This document shows positions 1 to 10,217 of a DNA stretch of 32,930 bases, piece by piece. How positions within the stretch are numbered: the stretch's first letter is position 1; every line of letters starts with the position of its first letter. This stretch comes from Deltaproteobacteria bacterium (GTDB lineage Bacteria > Desulfobacterota > Desulfobacteria > Desulfobacterales > JAFDFH01), in assembly GCA_019309945.1 (NCBI GenBank), contig JAFDFH010000004.1, forward strand, positions 1-32,930, written 5' to 3'. The translations under genes were made by a program, and so were the position numbers. Under the pieces are notes generated by a model that saw only the letters and a program-made list of their open reading frames with translations, ran no database searches and had not been told where the DNA came from.

Positions 1-83
1 AAAACTACTACAGAGATTTAAAAAGCTATTTTTAGTGCCCGAACGAAAAATAGATCGTTTTTCCAAGTTCAAGGAAGGCAAAG

Positions 84-353
84 ATAACTTCTCAATATGT
101 TCTGGTAGGCCCGCTGCGCCATCCGATAATTTTTTTCAATATGGCCAAAACTTGCCGTTAAGGGCACTTAACAGTGACCCGCGCACGGGATCTAAAATGA
201 GTGTGTCGCTTAGCACAAACAGACTACAATTAACAATTTATCCTGTTCGGGTCTATGTAAGCCGCTCTAAATGGCTTCAAACAGTTGCCCGCTTTGAAAA
301 AAATCACCGGATGATTCCGCTGGTATGTTAAACATAAGTTTTTTAGAAGTTAC
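84..353 (+). mobile_element. MITE family A, copy 1 (270 bp, decayed)
   Basis: Colinear with 32452..32721, about 27 mismatches in 270 by manual count. Ends ATAACTTCTCAA / TTTAGAAGTTAC are imperfect inverted repeats. No flanking target duplication is visible. Confidence 0.85.
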
Positions 354-448
354 GATGATTTCAGCCGATTCAACGCATGCACGGATGTTTCGAACAGACA
401 CTTAGCAACTGCGTGTGTCTATAGCAAATAATAACCGGGAGTATCAAA

Positions 449-691
449 ATGACTGAAACGGAGAAGGCGCCCAAAGCCAATCAAAGGTATTTGATCCCGC
501 GGGGGGATAAAATCGGGATGGCCGTTTTAAACCAGGAGCAGTTTGACCGCTACTTGAAAGAAGGAACGGTCAAGTGCGGTGACGAGATCATTGCTGCCAG
601 AGATGGGGATGAAGTCATTCGGGTTCAATTCATGGAAAAATACGAGATCAAAAAAGAGGGTGAAACCTGCACGCTATCCTGTAAGGAATGA
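449..691 (+). CDS. Small hypothetical protein (80 aa)
   Basis: ATG preceded by a GGGAG SD-like motif; protein-like composition; fills the gap and converges on the RACo gene; no family recognised. Confidence 0.55.
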   Translation: MTETEKAPKANQRYLIPRGDKIGMAVLNQEQFDRYLKEGTVKCGDEIIAARDGDEVIRVQFMEKYEIKKEGETCTLSCKE

Positions 692-737
692 TAACCGGCA
701 CCCTCGGAGACGGATTGATCCTAACGGCGGTTGCGGT

Positions 738-2639
738 TCAGACCGTCGATTCGAGTATGATACCGCGGGCTCCGGCCACGGTTGGAAAAGCGGAAAGATT
801 GGTGTGGGGCAAGAAAAGACCTGCGATGTATTCGTCCATAAAGTGTCCGGAAACCGAAAGTTCGATGACAGTCAACTTGTCGGCAATATCTTCAGCCTGC
901 TTGCGTAAATTTTCCGAAAGGAGGCATAAATAGGCGCCGGTCACGGACGTGTTGCCAAGATATTTGAACTTCTCCCTGGGTTGATCCGGAAACATGCCTA
1001 TGGTAATCGCCTTTTCAATGTTCAAATACCTGCCAAAGCCCCCGGCGATATAAAAGGTGGAAATATCGTCAAAGGTCAGGCCGACTTCCTTTAGCAGAAT
1101 CATAAAACCGGCATAAATGGCGGCTTTGGCCCTTAAGATATTATCAATATCGGATTCGGTAATGGAAATCGTGTCGTCCCCGGTCTGATAAAGAATAAAT
1201 TCCGGCCCTGCGTCCGTCAAATGAATATGGTTTAAGCCAAGATCGGTACTGAATTTTCCTTTCGGTGAAATGATACCCTTTAAAAACATCTCCGAGATTG
1301 TGTCGATGATGCCGGAACCACAGATTCCTGACGGAACACCTTCCCCGATAACCGTGATTTCGGGTTCAAGGGTAGCTGGATTAATCTTCACGCTGTCAAT
1401 GGCGCCTTCGGTGGCCCGCATGCCATTTTTAAGACCTCCGCCCTCGAAGCAGGGACCCGCCGAGCAGGCTGCCGCCACCATCCACTCGGCATTTCCAATG
1501 ACAAGCTCTCCGTTCGTGCCTACATCAATAAAAGCGCATAGTTCTTGTTTTTCATGGATCTTGGTGGCAAGCACCCCTGAAACGATATCGCCGCCTACAT
1601 AACCGGCTACGCAGGGAAGCGTATAAACAGGAACATCAGGCATGACTTTTATGCCGATACGACCCGCACCTGCAATGGGAAAGCGATTGGTTGTGGTAAC
1701 GTATGGTTCTTTGCGAATCGAGGCTGGGTCAAAACCCAGAAAGAGCTGCATCATGGTTGTATTTCCCGCAATAACAATGCTTTCGATGGCCCTGTCTGAA
1801 AGACGGTATTTTTCTTTTAACGACTCAATCAGGCTGTTGATGTCATCGACTACGGCTTCTTTCAGGTCTCTCAGGCCGCCCTGTTCGGTGGCATATACAA
1901 TCCTGGAGATAACATCTTCGCCATAGATGATCTGATGGTTGTAGGTGGAGGCGATATCCACCAGTCGGCCCGTTGCGAGGTAAATCAGATAGACAATGAC
2001 CGTGGTGGTCCCAATATCGACGGCAAGCCCATAATCGTCCATTATTTTGTCCGCTTTCCCGGGTGATATTCTGATCACTTCCTTGCCGTATTCCGTATCC
2101 ATCAGGGTAACGGTTACGTGCCAGTCTTCCTGTCTCAGATTTCGGGCAAGCTCCCTTATAAGTCTGAAAGAGAAATTCGGGTTGCGAAACCCCATTTCGG
2201 CAAGCCCTCTTTTCAAGCGCTCCATGTCGCTGATATTGTCAGTAAGTGTGGGTACGGGCAGCTCCAAATATGCTTTGGTTGTCAATGGAGAAATACGAAC
2301 GTCTAATGAATTGAAAATATTTTCGAGATCCTCTGCTCTTCCTGTGGCGATTACCCCATCAACATTAAGAAGTGATGAGGCGGGGATTTCTATTTTTAAA
2401 TCGCTTTCAGGATAGGTATGGCAGGCGGTCGTATAGCCCTCCAGAATCTCTTTTTCCGAAAGAATTTCTTTTAATCGTGTCCTGTACTTACCCTCCTTTA
2501 CAATGACCCTGCACCGGCCGCATACCCCATCACCCCCACAGGGTGCGATGATGTTGACCCCACCGTTTTTAAGATTCTCCAGCAAAGTCAGTCGAGGATC
2601 AGCGTTGATCGTTTTCCCTGAGGGTAAGATTATTTGCAT
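738..2639 (-). CDS. ASKHA-domain ATP-dependent reductive activator of corrinoid proteins (RACo / DUF4445) with N-terminal 2Fe-2S domain
   Basis: N-terminal CGGDGVCGRC...C ferredoxin motif; DIGTTT, GEDVISRI, DVGTNGE, CSAGPCFEGG, GICGSG, AGGFG and GNTS motifs. Confidence 0.92.
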   Translation of the reverse strand: MQIILPSGKTINADPRLTLLENLKNGGVNIIAPCGGDGVCGRCRVIVKEGKYRTRLKEILSEKEILEGYTTACHTYPESDLKIEIPASSLLNVDGVIATGRAEDLENIFNSLDVRISPLTTKAYLELPVPTLTDNISDMERLKRGLAEMGFRNPNFSFRLIRELARNLRQEDWHVTVTLMDTEYGKEVIRISPGKADKIMDDYGLAVDIGTTTVIVYLIYLATGRLVDIASTYNHQIIYGEDVISRIVYATEQGGLRDLKEAVVDDINSLIESLKEKYRLSDRAIESIVIAGNTTMMQLFLGFDPASIRKEPYVTTTNRFPIAGAGRIGIKVMPDVPVYTLPCVAGYVGGDIVSGVLATKIHEKQELCAFIDVGTNGELVIGNAEWMVAAACSAGPCFEGGGLKNGMRATEGAIDSVKINPATLEPEITVIGEGVPSGICGSGIIDTISEMFLKGIISPKGKFSTDLGLNHIHLTDAGPEFILYQTGDDTISITESDIDNILRAKAAIYAGFMILLKEVGLTFDDISTFYIAGGFGRYLNIEKAITIGMFPDQPREKFKYLGNTSVTGAYLCLLSENLRKQAEDIADKLTVIELSVSGHFMDEYIAGLFLPHTNLSAFPTVAGARGIILESTV

Positions 2640-3101
2640 TTAAAAAGATTCTTCGAGTCTTAAATATTTTACGTTCATTTGTCTGAGATTTTTGCCGGCA
2701 ATCAAAGCAAGTCGTTTGAGTAATCGACAGCAGAGGAGTAAGTCGCCCGAATGTTGACACGATAACATATCGAATCTTAGCAAAAAGGTTTCTATCTCTG
2801 TCAGGGCTGTCGCAGTGGCGCCGTGTCTTCTTTTTTCAAGGGTGGAGATATCCCCGAAATAGTTGCCGTCTTTGAAAATAACCAGCGTCCGCTGATTCCC
2901 TCCCTGACCCTGCAGCGTTGTAGATATCCTGACACGTCCCTTTTTTATTAAAAAGATACCCTCAGGCGAATCCCCCTCCCTAAAAAGAACGGCCTCTTTT
3001 TCATAGTGCCGGTATTCGAGTTTGGCGGTCAGCCTCTGGTACTCTTCTTCCATTAGTCCCTGGAGCAATATTTGCTTTTTTAAGTCCTCAATTTCAATCA
3101 T
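2640..3101 (-). CDS. Cyclic nucleotide-binding (Crp/Fnr effector) domain protein without HTH
   Basis: LFREGD..GIFLIKKGRVRI...GNYFGDIS...RRHGATATA cNMP-fold signature; only 153 aa. Confidence 0.85.
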   Translation of the reverse strand: MIEIEDLKKQILLQGLMEEEYQRLTAKLEYRHYEKEAVLFREGDSPEGIFLIKKGRVRISTTLQGQGGNQRTLVIFKDGNYFGDISTLEKRRHGATATALTEIETFLLRFDMLSCQHSGDLLLCCRLLKRLALIAGKNLRQMNVKYLRLEESF

Positions 3102-3242
3102 AATGATTCCATTCTTCCGGTATTCCTATTTTAATGCCATGATCTATTTTTTCCTTCTTCAGCGCCTGCTCAATGTAAAAACAGCAGGTAAAACAATGAT
3201 GGAAGCGATGGATGAATAGATGCAACGGGAATACCCTTTATT

Positions 3243-4631
3243 TCAGCCCGTTTTATGATTATAATATTTCTCCCATAAACGGTCTGCAACAACCCCGTAT
3301 TTTAGAGCATATTGATCAATTTCATCCGCCAGATTTTCATAGACAATCTCTGCACCTTCATGGGTAAAATAGACCCCCTGTTCAGAAATTGCTTTCCGGC
3401 CGATTTCCGGTCTATCAATAATGATGCAGGGGCGGAGTAAATTTTCGGATGTGGCCAGTTGGCACCGGATTGACTGGAAAAGCGGTGAGCAAATGGCATC
3501 CTGCAGGGTACTGCTCCGGATGTTATGGGTTGCATAATGGCAAAAAACACAGGGTTCCAGATCGCCATTGGCGTTGAGGTGAAAATACTTCCTTCCGCCC
3601 GAAATACAACCGCCCACCAGGGGGCCATCGTTCCAAAAGTCGGCTAATAAAATGGGTTTGTTGGCTCGAAGATAGGCCAGGCGTTCAATCTGGTAACCCC
3701 TTTGTTCAGGGGTGGGCATTAATTCAAGGTCTGGTTCCCGACCGATCGGAACGTACATAAAGTACCACCCAATAAGACAGCCTTTTTCGATCATAAAGTC
3801 AATAAAGCGATCACTGCTCAGAAGTTCCCCGTTTTGTCGCGTTAAAGTTGCTGAAAACCCAAATAAAATTTTATGGGTCTTTAACAGGTCCATCGCTTTC
3901 ATGACCCGGTCAAAATGTCCGATCCCCCGGCGTGCATCGGTCTCTGTTTGGAACCCTTCAAGGCTGATCGCCGGAATCACGTTGCCCGCCTGGGCCAATC
4001 GTTGGCAAACCGATTCGTCGATCAGACCCCCATGGGTATAAATATGAAAAACGACATCATTATGCTTTTCAACCATATCAAAAATTCTCGGATAAAATAA
4101 CGGCTCACCCCCTGAAACCACACAAAAATAAATTCCCATTGCTTTGGCCTGATTAAGCGTACGGTCGATTTCTTTAAAAGAAAGTTCAGCGTTTTTTTGA
4201 TAATACCCTGCGTAGCAGCCATAGCAGTTTAGATTGCATTTCATGCTTGGGCTCATAACAAAAAATCCAGGTGGATAAAGGCCGTTATGTCTTTCGCAGA
4301 ATTCCTTACGTTTGTTCGTTCCAATGAGTAACTGGTTGATGACCGCGGTCTTTATGATTGTCCTGCGATGGTGAGGATTCGTGTTTTTTAATATCTTTTT
4401 TGCAACGATCAAACTAGGATGGTTGTTGTCAAATAATTCCTTAATCCATTTAATTCTTTCCACGTAATAATCTTTTTTGACCAGCTTTTCCGACAGCAAA
4501 GCCAACCCTGTATATGACCATCGAAAAAGTTTTTCATTCCTTATCCACGCAAGCAGTGCAAAAAGAAAATTAATGGTAAGAATTAATAATTTCTGTTTTA
4601 TTTTAGCGATCATCTTTGGTTCCTCATTCAA
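3243..4631 (-). CDS. Radical SAM protein with C-terminal SPASM/twitch-like domain, function unknown (start codon uncertain)
   Basis: CNLNCYGC (CxxxCxxC), SGGEP, GCISGGRKYFHLNANGDLEPC and RPC motifs. Confidence 0.9.
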   Translation of the reverse strand: MNEEPKMIAKIKQKLLILTINFLFALLAWIRNEKLFRWSYTGLALLSEKLVKKDYYVERIKWIKELFDNNHPSLIVAKKILKNTNPHHRRTIIKTAVINQLLIGTNKRKEFCERHNGLYPPGFFVMSPSMKCNLNCYGCYAGYYQKNAELSFKEIDRTLNQAKAMGIYFCVVSGGEPLFYPRIFDMVEKHNDVVFHIYTHGGLIDESVCQRLAQAGNVIPAISLEGFQTETDARRGIGHFDRVMKAMDLLKTHKILFGFSATLTRQNGELLSSDRFIDFMIEKGCLIGWYFMYVPIGREPDLELMPTPEQRGYQIERLAYLRANKPILLADFWNDGPLVGGCISGGRKYFHLNANGDLEPCVFCHYATHNIRSSTLQDAICSPLFQSIRCQLATSENLLRPCIIIDRPEIGRKAISEQGVYFTHEGAEIVYENLADEIDQYALKYGVVADRLWEKYYNHKTG

Positions 4632-4646
4632 ATCATCATAGCGTGG

Positions 4647-5141
4647 TCACAATGCCTCCATGAATTTTAAAATGGCTTCGCCCACACCCAGAATTAAAAG
4701 GCATCCCAGCACACTCCCGGTGATTAAAAGGGGATAACTCATAACTTTCCGCAATTTTAAAATTTTTGACAAAAAAACGCCGCTCCACATTCCGCACCCC
4801 TTGAGCGGGAGCATGGTGATCGTTATCACACCCGGAGCTCCCAACAGAGATAGCCATAGAAATAACCTTGACTTGCGAATGCGCATCTCTTTTTTTGCCG
4901 CTTTTTCATGTATTTTTTTTATAAATCGGACGTTTGATATCGTATCGAATACATAATAAAAAAGAGGAATCTGGAGAGTATCCAGCATGACCACAACGGG
5001 CAGTAAAAAAAAAGCCTTAAAACCCAGCATCTGCCCGCTCAGAATGGCAACCGGTCTTCCTCCCAGAATATATAGTGGTAGGAAATACACTGCAAAATTA
5101 TCGGAGAGGTTGTTTTTTAAGAATAAAACTGCATCGCCCAT
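4647..5141 (-). CDS. Small membrane protein, putative small multidrug export family
   Basis: Several hydrophobic segments, GGRPVAI and LPLKGCGMWSG motifs typical of Sm_multidrug_ex-like proteins. Confidence 0.7.
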   Translation of the reverse strand: MGDAVLFLKNNLSDNFAVYFLPLYILGGRPVAILSGQMLGFKAFFLLPVVVMLDTLQIPLFYYVFDTISNVRFIKKIHEKAAKKEMRIRKSRLFLWLSLLGAPGVITITMLPLKGCGMWSGVFLSKILKLRKVMSYPLLITGSVLGCLLILGVGEAILKFMEAL

Positions 5142-5156
5142 TATAAACTAAAATTA

Positions 5157-6017
5157 CTAACTCTCCAGTTCGACAATTGCAATATTTTTTTGATTTTTAA
5201 ACATAAAATCCGCTATGGATATGAAACTAAAGTCTTTCAGTAAGCGGTTCAGCCTTTTTCCCGTCCGCTCAAGCCGTGCATTTAGAACAAACTGTTTGAC
5301 CAACGGTAGCCTGATGCGTGGATTATTTTCATCGAACTCCCGGGGGTGGAGAAAAATAAGCGCCGGCCAGCCTTTATCATTTCGCTTCCGGATAAAAAAT
5401 CGGATAAGGTTGTATGGAAACACACGCAATCCCCATCCTCCGCCCATGGGAAGATTCCCCAGTGCGGTGACGGCCACAAATGGTGGAAATTCCAATAGAA
5501 AACCCGTATTAAGTTTCAGCTTGCAGGGTATTTGGGAGTAACTCGAATGCCCTATTAGCGGCAGGGGGGCCATACTCGAATCGTATTCAAAGCCCTCTTG
5601 TTGCAGTATATCAAGAGCCCAAAGCGAATCATTACGGATGGACCACTCCGGCGCCCTGTATCCTTTTACCGGGCGGCCGGTGATTTGGAAAAGAATATCT
5701 ACAGCCTTTTTTACATCTTGCCGAAATTTTTCCGGCGTCATGGTATAAACCCGCTGGTGGGCATATCCATGGGTGGCAATTTCATGGCCGGCACGGCCAA
5801 TTTTTTTTATTAAATCCGGATGTTTCTCAGCGACAACGCCCAGGACAAAAAAAGTCGCCCGAACGCTGTTTGCACTTAAAATTTCAAGTATGTCCAGCGT
5901 GTTTTTATTCACTCGACTTCCCAGCCTGGGCCCGATAGACTTTGGGATTCGATCTTCTATGCCGCAGATGTGAAACCAGTCTTCGACATCCACGGAAAGG
6001 ATATTTGCAACGGTCAT
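5157..6017 (-). CDS. Polysaccharide deacetylase (CE4, DUF3473-type)
   Basis: SVDVEDWFH, ATFFVLG, HEIATHGYAH, GYRAPEWS, YDSS, GGGWGLR and LHPRE motifs. Confidence 0.92.
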   Translation of the reverse strand: MTVANILSVDVEDWFHICGIEDRIPKSIGPRLGSRVNKNTLDILEILSANSVRATFFVLGVVAEKHPDLIKKIGRAGHEIATHGYAHQRVYTMTPEKFRQDVKKAVDILFQITGRPVKGYRAPEWSIRNDSLWALDILQQEGFEYDSSMAPLPLIGHSSYSQIPCKLKLNTGFLLEFPPFVAVTALGNLPMGGGWGLRVFPYNLIRFFIRKRNDKGWPALIFLHPREFDENNPRIRLPLVKQFVLNARLERTGKRLNRLLKDFSFISIADFMFKNQKNIAIVELES

Positions 6018-8341
6018 TTTGATCCGTTAGATAACTCTTTTTCATCTAAAATGTTTCTAATTTTATCTGATAATTCTTTCATGTTGAATGGTTTTTGAAT
6101 AAAACCATTACAACCTCGCTTCATAATTTCACTCGCCCGCCCGTCTATACTGTAACCACTTGCAAGCAGAACCTTCACATTTGGATTCAAATCTTTAATT
6201 TTGTCATACGTTGCGCCACCCTCCATGTCCGGCATGATCATGTCCAGAACAAGCAGATCGATTGTGTCTTGGTTGCGACGATAAACATCTAACGCCTCTA
6301 TGCCACTGGTGGCGGTTAGGACCTTGTAACCCAATTGAGTTAGCATTTCCTTACCGACATCGATGATCATTTGTTCATCATCAATTAATAAAACCGTCTC
6401 TATACCGTCGAATAATTCATTGAAAACTGCTTTTTCTTGGGCGGGCTCTTTTTCAAAGGCTGGTAAAGAGACTTCAAAGGTGGTTCCCTGTCCCTTTTCT
6501 GAAAAAACGTCGATATATCCGCCATGGGCTTTAACAATCCCGTAAACAGAGGCCAGTCCAAGGCCTGTTCCTTTACTCAGTCCTTTGGTGGTAAAAAACG
6601 GCTCAAAGATTCGCTCCAGAGTTTTCTTTTCCATACCCGAACCTGTATCCCGAACCGTTAATAAAACATAGTTGCCCGGCGCCGCCTTATAGGGCTTATT
6701 TAGCATGTTTGCGTGAGTGATATTTATCGTTTTTAAAAACAAATTTCCACCTAAAGGCATTGCATCTGCTGCATTTACAAGCAAGTTAAACAGCACTTGT
6801 TCAATCTGCCCCTGGTCTGTCCTGACATTCAATAAATTCTCATCAAGTTCTTGATGAACGTGGATCTCCTTGCGGGTTAGGTTAAACGTATCAGCGGTCT
6901 CTTTCACCAACTGATTCAGGTTAGAGGATTGAACCTTGTATTTACCCTCCCTGGCATAACCGAGCAATTGGCTGGTTAGATTGGACCCGCTCTGAACGAG
7001 TTTCTCAATATTTTTCAACTTGTTCTTATTTGGATGGTTGGGATCAATTTCCATTAGAGCTAAAGAGGCATATCCCTGGATACCCATCAGCAGATTGTTA
7101 AAATTGTGAGCAATGCCTCCCGCTAATGTGCCGATGGCCTCCATCTTTTGGGCTTGTCGCAGCTGGGCTTCCAGTTCTTTCCGGTCCGTTATATCATGAA
7201 AGATTGTTAGGATATAAGTCGTACCTTCCATTTGAATCAGCTTGGCGAACATGAGTGTCTTGAATTTAGAGTCATCCCTGGCTTTAAATTCCATTTCCAG
7301 TCCATGGACTTCCCCTGATTCCTTCAAAACATTTAAGAAATGTTGCCGGCTTGCCTGAGAATAAAATCCTAATTCGACGGGGTTTAGTTCCAAGATTTCC
7401 TCTCTGGAAATTTTAAAAAGTTCGCAGAACTTTTGATTGACATCGACAATTTTGCCTGTCTCATAATGCGACCGGGAAATTGCTTGGGGAGACAATTCAA
7501 ATAAACTCCGGAATTTAAATTCACTATTCTGCAAAGCTTGCTGTACATTTTTTCGTTCCGTCACATCATTTATAATGACGATACACTTAAACCCTTCTCC
7601 CTTTTCTGTTTCGATCGGGAGTATATCTAAAGTCACTTGCCGGCTGTTCAAACAAACAGGTGAATGTTCGGTTATTTTTTTGAATTTCTCATCGGTTGTT
7701 TCCAGCAGTTGACAGATGCGCCGGCGGTCATTTTCAGAAAACAATTCATGAAAACCCATTCCCAATAACTTTTCCTCGGTCCTTTGGATAAGCGCAAGGG
7801 CGGTCGGATTGGCATAAACGATTCTTCTATCAGATGTAATTTCTACAATTCCGTCGGTCATCCGGTTTAAAAGGATTTCATGCTGTTTTTTGACAGACAG
7901 CAGTTCCTCGGTAATCCCCCTTTTCCAAATATTTTCGATTCCGATCACTTCTCCTTTTGAGCATTGTAAAGATGCAAGATCGGGTTGATCGATAGCGAAT
8001 AGAATATGTTGGGCCATTTCATTCCGTGGCCCTTTAGCGATAATGATATTTGCCTCCAGTTCAGAAATGTGGATCTCCTTTTCGGCTGAAATGGCGGAAA
8101 GAATAATCAGGTAAGCATTTTTTAGCCTCCCAATTCCTTTGATGATTTTACATAGTTTTTTTCCATCAATATTGGGCATGACCAAATCGATAAATATGAA
8201 ATCCGGCGTAAAGGTCTTCAAAATATCCAACGCTGAAAGTCCGCCTTGCGCAGTGATAACCTGATGTTTTTGTGTTGAAAGGGTGACTTTCATAAGCTTT
8301 AAAAAAAATGGATCGTTATCGACCACCAATATTTTTTTCAT
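6014..8341 (-). CDS. Hybrid sensor histidine kinase (REC-PAS-PAS-HisKA-HATPase-REC)
   Basis: N-terminal receiver (ILVVDND, DLVMP), two PAS domains, AHNFNNLL H-box, [27 protein letters not shown]-terminal receiver (DMIMP, KPF). Confidence 0.95.
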   Translation of the reverse strand: MKKILVVDNDPFFLKLMKVTLSTQKHQVITAQGGLSALDILKTFTPDFIFIDLVMPNIDGKKLCKIIKGIGRLKNAYLIILSAISAEKEIHISELEANIIIAKGPRNEMAQHILFAIDQPDLASLQCSKGEVIGIENIWKRGITEELLSVKKQHEILLNRMTDGIVEITSDRRIVYANPTALALIQRTEEKLLGMGFHELFSENDRRRICQLLETTDEKFKKITEHSPVCLNSRQVTLDILPIETEKGEGFKCIVIINDVTERKNVQQALQNSEFKFRSLFELSPQAISRSHYETGKIVDVNQKFCELFKISREEILELNPVELGFYSQASRQHFLNVLKESGEVHGLEMEFKARDDSKFKTLMFAKLIQMEGTTYILTIFHDITDRKELEAQLRQAQKMEAIGTLAGGIAHNFNNLLMGIQGYASLALMEIDPNHPNKNKLKNIEKLVQSGSNLTSQLLGYAREGKYKVQSSNLNQLVKETADTFNLTRKEIHVHQELDENLLNVRTDQGQIEQVLFNLLVNAADAMPLGGNLFLKTINITHANMLNKPYKAAPGNYVLLTVRDTGSGMEKKTLERIFEPFFTTKGLSKGTGLGLASVYGIVKAHGGYIDVFSEKGQGTTFEVSLPAFEKEPAQEKAVFNELFDGIETVLLIDDEQMIIDVGKEMLTQLGYKVLTATSGIEALDVYRRNQDTIDLLVLDMIMPDMEGGATYDKIKDLNPNVKVLLASGYSIDGRASEIMKRGCNGFIQKPFNMKELSDKIRNILDEKELSNGSK

Positions 8342-8686
8342 GGGATCATTTCCTTATCATAAAGTTATTGTGTGGACCCTAGAGCGCGATTCTTTCGATT
8401 CACTTTAGAAAAATATCCGTAGTTTTTGATCGATCTTATTTTAGTGTTTTTAAAAACCGCAATATTCACATGATTACTATACCAAAAATAGACCAGATTC
8501 AAGTATTCACCTCTTTTTAAGCATTAGTGGACGTATCATTTTATCTCTGGATCGCAAAACCCTCAAGGTCGTTTGTAAAAGTCTTTTTTATATCAAAACA
8601 AATAGGGGTCAGCAAGAAAAGGGTGAGTTAAGAAAAAAACACCAAACCGGATAAGTATAAAGCGTTAGGTGTTACCTAAAACATAA

Positions 8687-8834
8687 GTAACTTCTCAATA
8701 TGTTTCAGTAGGCCTGCTGCGCCATCCGGTAATTTTTTTCAATACGGCCAAAACTTGCCGTTAAGGGCGCCTAACAGTGCCCCGCGCATGGGATCTAAAA
8801 TGAGTGTGTCGCTTAGCACAAACAGGCTAGTTAC
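8687..8834 (+). mobile_element. MITE family A, copy 2 (148 bp, internally deleted)
   Basis: Matches the left ~143 bp of the other A copies, then ends in GTTAC. Flanked by the 8-bp direct repeat AAACATAA (8679-8686 and 8835-8842). Confidence 0.88.
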
Positions 8835-8869
8835 AAACATAATGCGTCTATTCATGGCTTGACGTACAA

Positions 8870-8899
8870 TTGAAAGTTTGCCATACGTTTGCCTATAAT
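8870..8899 (+). promoter_or_regulatory. Putative sigma70 promoter for the BrxC-like gene
   Basis: TTGAAA-18 bp-TATAAT about 90 bp upstream of the GTG at 8989. Confidence 0.45.
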
Positions 8900-8988
8900 T
8901 AACAAATTCTTATTCTTTAATATTTGGGAAATTTTCTCTCGGTTTGCAAGAATTCCACCCAATGAAAGTATCGGATTAAGGTTTACCC

Positions 8989-10095
8989 GTGAAACCAGAT
9001 CGGATAGATATTCTTCCCCTGCGACAGCTTAAGTTTGGCTTCGACCAGCAGGACAAACAGCACGCAGCAGAGGTGCTCGCCCGTATTGACGGGTACATCG
9101 CCAACGCGCAAAAGGTTGTCGTGTCTGATTTGATGGTTGATTTTGGTTGCGGATCGAAGAATTGGTCTAAAGAAAGGATAAGTATGCTACTATCCGAGTT
9201 AATCCATGACGATAAAATCGAGTTTGAGTTTGAAAATATTAAAATCGGAAAAAAAGAGGCCCTGCGGTTGCTCTTGAAACCCTCACAATGTGAAGCGGTC
9301 GGTATTGTCCATGCCCAGATTGTTGCGGATGAGGATCTTATAGCCGCCCGAAAACTGGTGAAATTACTTTTAGGGACCGAGGCTCCTCCAAAGCAGAATG
9401 AACTTTGCCGCATTCTGCGCAAGCACCTGAATGGCTGGAAAAACGATCTGGAGAAATTTAAACGATTGGCGGATACGGGTAAATTTCCGGGAAACAGCAC
9501 CATCGATGCTGTCCGGAAGCCCACAGAAAGGCTCTTAGCCCTCCACGAACCGTATCGGTTTATTGATGCGATAAACCGTGAGCGCCAGCAACTCCTGAAT
9601 GTTAGCAAAATCTTCATCGTGTTAAAAGAATTTTACACAGTCAGGATTCATGTCTGGTACGCGCTTGTTGAGGCTTTGGATGCTTTCAGATCCAATTTGT
9701 CAATACTGCAGAAAGACCCCCGGTCGGAAACAGCTCTGCAGGAACTTTGCAGGATCTTTCACGCCGATGAACCTTTTGGCCTTCTGGATAACGTCTTTGA
9801 GCTTATCGCCACGGTTAAAACAGTCAACGACGAGATTGTACTGGAGCAGACGACCGCTGCCAGGGATGCCGCCCATGAGAAAATTGAAAAAATGATCCAG
9901 TGCGTCAGGTGTGCCTTAGATAACACGAACGCCCAAAGAGAGCTGCGCAATCGAGCACTTTATCCTTTACAGGGAATAAAAAAGGGCCTGGGCAGGGCAA
10001 ACAGTTTGACATCGATTGAAGATCTTCTCAACCATGCCCAGGACAAGCTTGATTTATCCCTGGATCACATTGATGAGATCACTTCTGTTCGATAG
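8989..10095 (+). CDS. Hypothetical protein resembling the C-terminal (wHTH plus helical) region of BREX ATPase BrxC; no P-loop
   Basis: Segments recalled from type 1 BrxC C-termini: W..E.I..LL..L, LADTGKFPG..ID, LKEFY....W, AL..L..I.....PFGL, V..VN, LRNRALYPLQ..K. No Walker A motif in the ORF. Confidence 0.7.
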   Translation: MKPDRIDILPLRQLKFGFDQQDKQHAAEVLARIDGYIANAQKVVVSDLMVDFGCGSKNWSKERISMLLSELIHDDKIEFEFENIKIGKKEALRLLLKPSQCEAVGIVHAQIVADEDLIAARKLVKLLLGTEAPPKQNELCRILRKHLNGWKNDLEKFKRLADTGKFPGNSTIDAVRKPTERLLALHEPYRFIDAINRERQQLLNVSKIFIVLKEFYTVRIHVWYALVEALDAFRSNLSILQKDPRSETALQELCRIFHADEPFGLLDNVFELIATVKTVNDEIVLEQTTAARDAAHEKIEKMIQCVRCALDNTNAQRELRNRALYPLQGIKKGLGRANSLTSIEDLLNHAQDKLDLSLDHIDEITSVR

Positions 10096-10217
10096 GCAAA
10101 GGGCACGCGCACCCGGCGGCAGAGATTTCTCTTTGCTTGAAACTCCATGTAGGCGAGGGGGCTGGCAGGTGGCGGCGTAATACCTTTGGATGATGAGTAA
10201 ATATTGAGGATTGGACA

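Noticed and set aside
35-331. 98-aa ORF across MITE A1; the same frame is also open in the other A copies, with an internal ATG giving a 44-aa peptide
   Set aside because: Differences between copies 1 and 3 are mostly non-synonymous, so there is no sign of protein-level selection.
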